DNA from: an uncultured Acetatifactor sp.
GTDB lineage: Bacteria > Bacillota > Clostridia > Lachnospirales > Lachnospiraceae
NCBI GenBank assembly: GCA_910584435.1
Contig: CAJUAP010000017.1
Location: forward strand, 222-64,221
DNA length: 64,000 nucleotides
Reading direction: 5' to 3'
The notes below the pieces were generated by a model. That model saw nothing but the letters and a program-made list of their open reading frames with translations. It had not been told where the DNA came from and searched no databases. The position numbers and the translations under genes are program-made. This document shows, one piece after another, positions 40,294 to 48,037 of this stretch. Each line of letters begins with the position of its first letter. Position 1 is the first letter of the stretch.

Positions 40294-40671
40294 ATGAACA
40301 AGAACACAAATTACACAATCAACTTTGAAGCAGAGGAAATTATCATTACAAAGAAATTCGGCAAAGCTGCAAGTCAGATAGGAACACCAGAATTTAAAGT
40401 TATGCAGCAGCTTAGAAAAGAATTTGCAGGCTTTTCATTTGCTTATAAAACCATAGAGAAGAAAGAAAATAAGAAGTCTTACAAAGGATTAAGCATTGAT
40501 GAAATGACAAGATTTATTTCTAACAGGACAGATGCAGAGCAGGAAATGTTTAAAAAGGTTTTAGCAGTAGCCGCAAATAGACAAGGCAAGTATGCAATAG
40601 TAAAGAAGTGGTTTTTAGACAATTACAAAGAAGCATATTCAGAAGAAGTTGCAATGATGGAAGTAGCCTAA
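40294..40671 (+). CDS. hypothetical protein, paralogue A
   Basis: AAAGGAG RBS; shares IIITKKF..A...G..E, YKGL and VKKWFL..Y with the next gene. Confidence 0.85.
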   Translation: MNKNTNYTINFEAEEIIITKKFGKAASQIGTPEFKVMQQLRKEFAGFSFAYKTIEKKENKKSYKGLSIDEMTRFISNRTDAEQEMFKKVLAVAANRQGKYAIVKKWFLDNYKEAYSEEVAMMEVA

Positions 40672-40701
40672 TACAGATAGAGAATAAAGGAGATATTACC
40701 C

Positions 40702-41091
40702 ATGAATAACAATATTACATTTGACGCAATCACAAACACCATTACCATTACCAAAGGTTTTTATGCGGCTTCAAAAGAGTTTGGTTCAGAGGAACAAAAG
40801 ATGTTAGCCGATATTCAAAAGGAATATCCCCATATGAGGATTGCTGTTAAGTCCACAAGGACAGGTAACAGAAAGAGCGAATACAAAGGTCTTACTTATG
40901 ATTACATGAGAAGATTTATCAGAATTATGGATAGGGAAAACATTGTTACCTTTGATGATGTAATTGCACATTATGAAGATTTCGGGTATGAATCTGGTAA
41001 ACTGTACCAGTGCGTAAAAGATTGGTTTTTAGAAACATACCCTAACCATAGAGATATGATTGTAAATGCCACTCCTAAAGCTGCTGCATAA
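40702..41091 (+). CDS. hypothetical protein, paralogue B
   Basis: AAAGGAG RBS; ITITKGF..A...G.EE, YKGLTY and VKDWFLETYP. Confidence 0.85.
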   Translation: MNNNITFDAITNTITITKGFYAASKEFGSEEQKMLADIQKEYPHMRIAVKSTRTGNRKSEYKGLTYDYMRRFIRIMDRENIVTFDDVIAHYEDFGYESGKLYQCVKDWFLETYPNHRDMIVNATPKAAA

Positions 41092-41299
41092 ATGAAATGC
41101 GGCAGCAGGAATGGGCAAAGGGGCGGTCTATTTTCGGGATAATTCAAAAATCGAATTACCGCTTTCGTCTTTCCAGACTTATAGCCTTTCCAAAAGTAGA
41201 TTGAAAATTGAAAAGCGGCAGCACGAAAATTATATATTTCACTTGAAATTATAGCGGTAAATAATTTTTTGAGATTTCGGAAAAATCGGTTAATTTCGG

Positions 41300-42295
41300 T
41301 TATTCTCGGTAATTGTTTAAAATGTTTTCGGTCATGGTTTTAAAATCATTTATTACCGATTTCGGGGAAATGATTTTAATATCCTTTCCAAGTCCAAATA
41401 TCCAAGCAAAAAATTGAGGACTAATATAAACAGTGATTCGGACAATAAAAGTATTTGGACTATCAAAGTTTTGCCTAATATTAGCGGATTCCCCAAACCT
41501 ATCAATAAAAACTCCTGCAAGGCTATTAGCAACTTCAAGAGTAACAGTTTCTTCTTTGCCGCTAAACATACCAAAAGTCTTTTTGGAATAGTCTACAATG
41601 TCAAAAGACTGAAAAAGGCTTTTTCCCTCTCTTGTATGCTCTATGATTTTAACAGACTGCATTTTGTCTATGCGGTAATGTCTTAATTCATTTGAATTAC
41701 TATCAAAAGCAATCAAATAATAGTTATCATCTGATAAAGATACCGCATAAGGACTAACAATATATACCTTTCCTGCTTTTGAAACAAGTTTCCGCTGTGG
41801 ATTCCAATGGAGATATTGAAAGTTTATCTGCCTGTGAGCGGCTATTGCAGCATAAATAGTATCAAGATTTTTGAATACTTTATCATTCATGCTTTTAATA
41901 CGCCTGTCTAATATTACATTTCTGTTAAAAGATTGACTATCAAAGCTGCTGCCTAAAGATTTTACTTTATTGATTAACTCTTTTGATTTCTTTTCAGTGA
42001 GAAATTTTGATGTAGCAATAGAATCAATCAAAAACTTTAGTTCATTTATGGTAAATAGCCTTTTGGGGTGGTGGTACTTATAGCCGCCTTTCTCTTGTAC
42101 TCCTACAATTTCAAAATCTGTGGAATTTAAAAGAGATATAGCCGCATAAATGGTTCTTCTATCTGCAAATATTCCTTTAGATTCCAGAAATGAAAGTATT
42201 TCGGGCATTCTGATATAGTGGGTTTTATCTGTCTTTTCCAAGAATAGCTGTTGTAGATATAGCGGAATTAGCTTTTTGCTTTCGGATTTTTCCAT
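41300..42295 (-). CDS. WYL-domain transcriptional regulator (wHTH-WYL-WCX)
   Basis: N-terminal DRRTIY HTH; INFQY, VSPY, YYLIA and YRIDKM; C-terminal WIFGLG...IISP. Confidence 0.92.
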   Translation of the reverse strand: MEKSESKKLIPLYLQQLFLEKTDKTHYIRMPEILSFLESKGIFADRRTIYAAISLLNSTDFEIVGVQEKGGYKYHHPKRLFTINELKFLIDSIATSKFLTEKKSKELINKVKSLGSSFDSQSFNRNVILDRRIKSMNDKVFKNLDTIYAAIAAHRQINFQYLHWNPQRKLVSKAGKVYIVSPYAVSLSDDNYYLIAFDSNSNELRHYRIDKMQSVKIIEHTREGKSLFQSFDIVDYSKKTFGMFSGKEETVTLEVANSLAGVFIDRFGESANIRQNFDSPNTFIVRITVYISPQFFAWIFGLGKDIKIISPKSVINDFKTMTENILNNYRE

Positions 42296-42317
42296 ATTTT
42301 CTCCCTTTTGTTGTATA

Positions 42318-42359
42318 GTTTATCTGTTTTGTGCGGCTATCCGCACAAAACAGATAAAC
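42318..42359. promoter_or_regulatory. perfect 19-bp inverted repeat upstream of the WYL gene
   Basis: GTTTATCTGTTTTGTGCGG-ctat-CCGCACAAAACAGATAAAC. Confidence 0.85.
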
Positions 42360-42466
42360 AAAGTTAGTATTATGGGGATAGTATATCATTGCTTAGTGGA
42401 AAAGGACATAAGTTTTTGAAGTGTCTATTATTATATAGTATTAGAAATATCAAAATTTTATATAAT

Positions 42467-43057
42467 TTATTCAAAATAAATCCCTTGCTTATAGATTGTT
42501 CCTATTGTCCTGTAACTTCCATTTTTTAGCCGCTCTTTTACAGTTTCCTTTTGAAACTTAAAATCCTTAAAATCTATGCTGCAAATGGTCTTTACCGCCC
42601 TTTCAACTGTTGATTTGCTGCAATTTATTGTATTTCCTATTTCTTCATAAGTCACTGTTTTGTCTTTCCCCTGTGGTAACTCTATGAGTACAAGAAAAAC
42701 TTTCAACACGCTTTCCCATGCCGCTGTGCTTTGGGTTTCTCTTATCAGTTGATACCATGCTCTTTTTATCTTTATGACATTTTTGCTCTTTTCCGCTACT
42801 TTTGTTAGTGAAATAGTATAAATATCTTTATCAATAATAGTATTGATATAATTATCTTCTGCAAGTGAAACAAGCGTTGTTTTTATCTTAGCAATATTAA
42901 CAGAAGAATTTTGTATAGATAAACTGTGGCAGAGGTCAGACAATTTTCCTCTAAATGCCCTTTTGTTATCTGCTAATACTGTAATCATTGTTAAGATTTT
43001 AAAATGGTATTTTTCCAGTGATAGCCATTCTTCCAAAAATTCTATTTCTTCTTCCAT
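42467..43057 (-). CDS. HTH-containing protein (possible replication/regulatory protein)
   Basis: AGGAG RBS at MEEEI; C-terminal TYEEIGNTINCSKSTVERAVK HTH. Confidence 0.7.
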   Translation of the reverse strand: MEEEIEFLEEWLSLEKYHFKILTMITVLADNKRAFRGKLSDLCHSLSIQNSSVNIAKIKTTLVSLAEDNYINTIIDKDIYTISLTKVAEKSKNVIKIKRAWYQLIRETQSTAAWESVLKVFLVLIELPQGKDKTVTYEEIGNTINCSKSTVERAVKTICSIDFKDFKFQKETVKERLKNGSYRTIGTIYKQGIYFE

Positions 43058-43076
43058 GATTCTCCTATCCTGTTTT

Positions 43077-43259
43077 TTATTTGAATATCTTTTGTATCTC
43101 TTTTTCCAGAGTGGCAGCAGCTTCATTATACAGATATTCCCCTGCTGCCTGTGCTTCAAATTGCAAGTTCATTTTTTTCTTGTGTTTTCTGTATCTATAA
43201 TAAATATCATCTGGATTCTGTTTGCTTTCCAGATATTCAAAAATATTTCTATAAAACAT
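43077..43259 (-). CDS. small hypothetical protein
   Basis: AAGGA RBS, 60 aa, co-oriented with its neighbours. Confidence 0.55.
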   Translation of the reverse strand: MFYRNIFEYLESKQNPDDIYYRYRKHKKKMNLQFEAQAAGEYLYNEAAATLEKEIQKIFK

Positions 43260-43340
43260 TTCTTTTTCCTTTTCACATATATATTTTATCAAAATTTTAA
43301 TAAAAAATAAAATCTGCTGCATAATAGACAGACTATTTCA

Positions 43341-43454
43341 TTATTCCATGAAAGAAAAGCGGCAACAACCGCAATTCTCATAAACATTTATTAGCATTTC
43401 TATTTTTTCTTCTATTGTAAGTCCTGCAAGTATATTTTTAAGTATCTGATACAT
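43341..43454 (-). CDS. possible 37-aa peptide
   Basis: AGGAG RBS, overlaps the HNH stop; MYQILKNILAGLTIEEKIEMLINVYENCGCCRFSFME. Confidence 0.35.
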   Translation of the reverse strand: MYQILKNILAGLTIEEKIEMLINVYENCGCCRFSFME

Positions 43455-43869
43455 GATTACTCCTTTTACTGCTGATTAAGTCTACATTATTATAAAATTG
43501 CTCTATATTATGTTCTCTCTTGTACCGCTTATATAATGCGCTTTCTGATAAGTGGGTTTTCTGTGATAAATGCAGTTTTTCTTTTGTTTCTCTTGTGCCT
43601 ATCTTATTAGCAAAATAGGCTTGTAATATGGGAACTGCTGATTCATAGTCTATTGATGTGCGACAGTTGGGCTTGTCTGGATTGTATTTTCTTCCATGTA
43701 TTGTTGCATGGCAGCAGGCGCATAAAAGAATTAAATTGTCATAATCATCTGTGCCGCCTTTGTTTCTCTCAGTTAGATGATGATATTCTAAAAAATCTTT
43801 GTTGCCGCATATAGCGCATTGATGATTCCAAAATTCGGCTACTTTTCTTTTTGTTGCTTTTGATACCAT
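43438..43869 (-). CDS. HNH endonuclease
   Basis: CAICG...EYHH...GG.DDYDNLILLCACCHATIH. Confidence 0.9.
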   Translation of the reverse strand: MVSKATKRKVAEFWNHQCAICGNKDFLEYHHLTERNKGGTDDYDNLILLCACCHATIHGRKYNPDKPNCRTSIDYESAVPILQAYFANKIGTRETKEKLHLSQKTHLSESALYKRYKREHNIEQFYNNVDLISSKRSNHVSDT

Positions 43870-44068
43870 TTTGAAATTCTCCTTTCAGAGATATTTCAAA
43901 ATAGCAGCAGGAGAATTATAAAAAGTTGTCCTAAGTGTAACGGAAATTATTAAAAGTAGCAGAGGATTCCAGACAAGTTATTATAGAGTTGTTGTAAGAT
44001 GTAAAATTGAAAATGTCGAAAAGGGCTTGAAAATAGGGTATTTATGGGGTAGAATAGGAGTGTAACAA

Positions 44069-44144
44069 AGGACAACTTCTAAAAAGGACAATATATAGTT
44101 ACCATTGAATTATCCTAAACGGCAAAGGACAACAAAAGGACAAT
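44069..44144. promoter_or_regulatory. putative integrase arm-type binding sites
   Basis: AGGACAA(C/T) at 44069, 44085, 44126 and 44137; an inverted copy at 43925. Confidence 0.7.
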
Positions 44145-44145
44145 C

Positions 44146-44180
44146 AAAAAGGGAACAAACCATTTCTGATTCATTCCCTT
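44146..44180 (-). terminator. element-borne intrinsic terminator downstream of rbr
   Basis: Minus strand reads AAGGGAATGAATCA-GAAA-TGGTTTGTTCCCTT-TTT, a stem with G-U pairs and a U tail. Confidence 0.75.
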
Positions 44181-44214
44181 CTTCTTCAATAATCCTTAAA
44201 ATCCGACACTTTTC

Positions 44215-44754
44215 TTAGCCGAAGTATCTCTTCAGAAGACCCTCGAATGCCTTGCCGTGTCTCGCCTCATCCCTTGCCATCTCATGTACGGTGTCATGGA
44301 TTGCGTCAAGGCCAAGCTCTTTTGCTCTTTTTGCCAGATCGGTCTTACCTGCGGTAGCGCCGTTCTCTGCATCTGCTCTCATCTGAAGGTTCTTCTTGGT
44401 GGAATCGGTAACGACTTCTCCCAACAACTCAGCAAATTTTGCAGCGTGTTCAGCTTCTTCATAAGCAGCTTTCTCATAATACATACCAACTTCAGGATAG
44501 CCTTCCCTGTAGGCAACCCTTGCCATTGCAAGATACATACCAACCTCAGAACATTCACCTTCAAAGTTCGCACGAAGATCCTTAAGAATATCTTCCCGTA
44601 CACCCTGTGCAACTCCTACAACATGCTCTGCAGCCCAGTTCTTCTCGCCTGTCTGAGCAGTAAATTTCTCAGCAGGTGCATGGCAGACAGGACACTCAGC
44701 GGGCGCTGCATCACCCTCATGAACATAACCGCATACTTGACATACATACTTCAT
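44215..44754 (-). CDS. rbr: reverse rubrerythrin / NADH peroxidase
   Basis: N-terminal CxxC...CxxC rubredoxin-like domain, then a ferritin-like domain with EAEH and EARH. Confidence 0.93.
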   Translation of the reverse strand: MKYVCQVCGYVHEGDAAPAECPVCHAPAEKFTAQTGEKNWAAEHVVGVAQGVREDILKDLRANFEGECSEVGMYLAMARVAYREGYPEVGMYYEKAAYEEAEHAAKFAELLGEVVTDSTKKNLQMRADAENGATAGKTDLAKRAKELGLDAIHDTVHEMARDEARHGKAFEGLLKRYFG

Positions 44755-44771
44755 AATTCTTTATCTCCTTT

Positions 44772-45170
44772 TTATAAATTTTGATTGTGATTCAAACAAT
44801 TACCACAAGTTCCATAAAAGTAAGCCACATGACCTGTTATCTGTCCGTCAAAATCGGCGGCGGCCGCATTTATAATGCTTTCAGGGTGCTCGATTTCCAA
44901 ATCGGCTACCTTGCCGCATTCGGAGCAGATAAAGTGATAGTGAGGTGAGGTGTCCGCGTCAAAATGGTCGACACCATCTCCCAAACGCAATCGATTGATT
45001 TCACCGTCCTGTACCAAAAGGGTAAGGTTACGGTATACAGTACCCAGGCTGATATTGGGATTTTGACTGCGGACATTGGTGTATATCATGTCCGCAGTAG
45101 GATGATCCTTTCTGCTTGCCAGAAAATGTTTAATCAATTCCCGCTGCCTGCTGTGCTTTCGTGCAGTCAT
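44772..45170 (-). CDS. perR: Fur-family repressor, PerR-like
   Basis: HPTAD, ISLGTVYRNL, H.HFICxxC and CxxC; directly upstream of rbr. Confidence 0.85.
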   Translation of the reverse strand: MTARKHSRQRELIKHFLASRKDHPTADMIYTNVRSQNPNISLGTVYRNLTLLVQDGEINRLRLGDGVDHFDADTSPHYHFICSECGKVADLEIEHPESIINAAAADFDGQITGHVAYFYGTCGNCLNHNQNL

Positions 45171-45191
45171 GAGTATACCTTTCTTAATAGT

Positions 45192-45238
45192 AGTAATCGT
45201 TACTGTTTTTATTATAGTATTTTATAAATACTTGTCAA
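45192..45238 (-). promoter_or_regulatory. perR-rbr promoter and putative operator
   Basis: TTGACA-N16-TATAAT on the minus strand; near-palindrome AGTAATCGTTACT between the -10 and the RBS. Confidence 0.65.
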
Positions 45239-45400
45239 TAGCGTATATATTAAGTTATATATTTTTTAGAAATGGTTAGTTATGTGATACTACCACTGCA
45301 CAAAAGCACCACAGTAGAAGCAATATACTGCCGATCGCGCTTTTTCTGTGGTGTCTTTGGCGTGTAATTATATGCAATGCCGCTGAATGTATGAGGATTA

Positions 45401-47866
45401 TTATGATATGGTGATTCGTTCCAGCCGCAGACTCAGGCGGCTCAATAATTCGTTGGTGATTGTACCGCAGTTTTCTGCCAATTGTCCTGCTGTGTTTTCC
45501 ATCATTTTCGATTTCCCGATAATAACAGCAATGTCACCGGCTTTCACATGAGGAATATTGCTGATATCCACAATCGTTTGATCCATACAGATCCGACCGA
45601 TAATAGGTGCCCGGCGGCCGTCTATGAGGACGCTGCCCTTTTCATAGGACAATTCTCTGGGCAGACCGTCTGCATAACCGATGGATATGGTGGCAATACG
45701 CATATCTTGTGCCGCAGTGTAGGCTAATCCATATCCTGCTGCTTCGCCTGCATACAGTATTCTCGTTGATGCGACTCTGGCCTTTAAAGACAATACAGGC
45801 TTCAGGGAATTCCACCAGGTGCTGCTGTCGGTTTCTGTACTTAAAACGCCGTAAAGCGCGATTCCTGGGCGGACATAATCGGCAGCAAGCATGGCGGGCG
45901 GCATATGTTTTCTGGTTTGTTCTTTTTCCTGAAGCAGATTCAGAATGCCATAGCTTGCAAGCATGTGCAGTCCGTGACAAGAATATCCATGATTCTTCAA
46001 AATTGTCACCACCTGATAAAATGCCTGGATTTGATTGTCTGTAAACAGCTTGTCCTGAGGGAGCAGGGAATCGGAAGCGGAAAGGTGTGTAAATAGTCCG
46101 TCTATTACTAAATGTTTCATCTGATATACGGCAAGAATTTCTTCCACATTTTCACAGCGAAGCCCCAGGCGGTGCATGCCCGTATCAATGGCCACATGAA
46201 CATGAAGTGCCAGACCGGATTGATCCAGCATTTGAGCGTAGGGATAATCCACAACGGTCTGTGTCAATTCATAGCGTGCAAGCAGCGGCAGGTCTACAGG
46301 AGCAGTATAGCCCAATATCAGGATTTTGCCCTTGATTCCGGCCTCGCGCAGAGCAATTCCCTCGGAAAGGCAGGCAACGCAAAAGGCATCTATTTTTAGC
46401 TGATTTAGCAGCCGGGCTATGGTAACTGCACCATGACCATAGGCTTCTGCTTTGACAGCGGGCATCAGGCGGCAGTCTTCCGGAAGGCATGAGCGAAGAA
46501 ATTTTACATTATGGGCTAATGCAGTAGTATCCAGTTCAATCCATGCGCGGGAAGTAGAGGATGGGATGCCGAAGCTTTCATCCTCCGGAAGGACGGAATC
46601 CTCAAAGCTTTCATCCTCCAAAAGGACGGAATCCTCAAAGCTTTCATCCTCTAAAAGGACGGAATCCTCAAAGCTTTCATCCTCCGAAAGGACGGAATCC
46701 TCAAAGCTTTCATCCTCCTGAAATACAGAAGTCTCAAAGTTTTCATCTCCCTGAAAAACAGACTCTCGTTTTGTGCGGTCATGATTTCGTCCGGCATTGT
46801 CCGGCTCTGCGGTATTATTTTGCCCCGACCGTAACCTGGGCAGAAAATTTTCTTCTACATATACTATGACCAGCGCAGCTGCAACGGATAGACAAGTAAC
46901 CGTAAGGTATAGTACCACACTGTTATCTACCAGGAGATCTGTCCGCCTCAGCAGTTTGGCAATGGCACGAACCACCACAATGAACGCAGGGTGGAGAATG
47001 TAAATCCAGGTAGAAGCCGTGCGGCAGCTTACGGAAGGTTTCTTCGGCAGACATAACAGGCATTGGTAGAGGAAAAACATAGTAGGAACCAATGCAAAAT
47101 ACATACTGTCATGTCTCTGCAGCTGGAAATGACGGAGCGTAAAAGCCTCAATGGTCATAACGGCGAAGGAAGCCGTCAGCCCTACGATATAGGGCATAAG
47201 CTCAATCTGGAGGGAGTTTTCTTCACGCTTATGTTCCAGTACAGACATCCATATTCCCAATACCAGGAACAGAGGCGCTATAAACAGGCCGTTTCTGGTA
47301 TAAGAGAAGATATGAAAGCCAAATTCATAGACAGCATTCAGAACAGGAACCTTCTCTGCCAGCCCGTAATAGCTGTCGCCGAACAGGCCGATGATATATA
47401 GAATGGCAGATATGACTGTCATTGTGCGCAGACTGAGCTTCCGGCTCATCAGATAGATCAGCAGCATGCCCATGATGCAGGCAGGAAAATACCATAAATG
47501 GTAAAAAGTACCATCAAATATAAGCAGACGGAGTGCGCCGCCGATACTCATGCCTTGATACTGTTTGGCATAAATGCCGATGGGCAGATAGAGCAGGATG
47601 CTCAATAGATAGTAAAGCGAGGTCTTCTTTATATACTTGATAAGCCGCGGGCCGTTCTTACGGGATATTGTCAGGAAATCAGCGGCTACAAACTGGCCTG
47701 TTACCATCAGAAAAAAGGGAACGACAATTCGTGCCAGAACCCTTGTCAAAAAGAAATCTGCGGTATCATTTATGGATGAAAGTGCAGAGGTATGGTTTGT
47801 AATGGCCAACAAGGCTACAATCACTCGAAATCTGTCAAGCCAGCCGTAATTCTGTCTGGTACGCAT
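45401..47866 (-). CDS. vanT: membrane-bound serine racemase (acyltransferase-3-like TM domain + racemase)
   Basis: N-terminal VPFFLMVTG, YHLWYFPA and RNGLF TM region; racemase motifs AVKAEAYGHG, DTGMHRLG, GYADG and GRICMDQ. Confidence 0.9.
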   Translation of the reverse strand: MRTRQNYGWLDRFRVIVALLAITNHTSALSSINDTADFFLTRVLARIVVPFFLMVTGQFVAADFLTISRKNGPRLIKYIKKTSLYYLLSILLYLPIGIYAKQYQGMSIGGALRLLIFDGTFYHLWYFPACIMGMLLIYLMSRKLSLRTMTVISAILYIIGLFGDSYYGLAEKVPVLNAVYEFGFHIFSYTRNGLFIAPLFLVLGIWMSVLEHKREENSLQIELMPYIVGLTASFAVMTIEAFTLRHFQLQRHDSMYFALVPTMFFLYQCLLCLPKKPSVSCRTASTWIYILHPAFIVVVRAIAKLLRRTDLLVDNSVVLYLTVTCLSVAAALVIVYVEENFLPRLRSGQNNTAEPDNAGRNHDRTKRESVFQGDENFETSVFQEDESFEDSVLSEDESFEDSVLLEDESFEDSVLLEDESFEDSVLPEDESFGIPSSTSRAWIELDTTALAHNVKFLRSCLPEDCRLMPAVKAEAYGHGAVTIARLLNQLKIDAFCVACLSEGIALREAGIKGKILILGYTAPVDLPLLARYELTQTVVDYPYAQMLDQSGLALHVHVAIDTGMHRLGLRCENVEEILAVYQMKHLVIDGLFTHLSASDSLLPQDKLFTDNQIQAFYQVVTILKNHGYSCHGLHMLASYGILNLLQEKEQTRKHMPPAMLAADYVRPGIALYGVLSTETDSSTWWNSLKPVLSLKARVASTRILYAGEAAGYGLAYTAAQDMRIATISIGYADGLPRELSYEKGSVLIDGRRAPIIGRICMDQTIVDISNIPHVKAGDIAVIIGKSKMMENTAGQLAENCGTITNELLSRLSLRLERITIS
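46572..46760. repeat. 30-bp in-frame tandem repeat within vanT
   Basis: About six units encoding SV(L/F)xEDESFED. Confidence 0.92.
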
Positions 47867-48037
47867 TTGTCGTTCTCCGTTTCTGTTATAGTAAAATTTA
47901 TCTCACATTACTTTCCGGCATCCGCTGCTTTCCTATACATAAAAGTATGAAGGTACTGCATGAATGTGCATAAACCGTTCGGACGGCATGCCGTCTGCAG
48001 ACATGCGGTATGACGCGCGGCTGTTTATGAACGCCGG

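Larger units (their letters stand above)
35684..44299. mobile_element. ~8.56 kb integrative element (tyrosine integrase) inserted in the 3' end of rbr
   Basis: Identical 54-bp direct repeats at 35684-35737 and 44246-44299, integrase next to one att, abrupt AT-rich composition, arm-type AGGACAA repeats at both ends. Confidence 0.93.
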
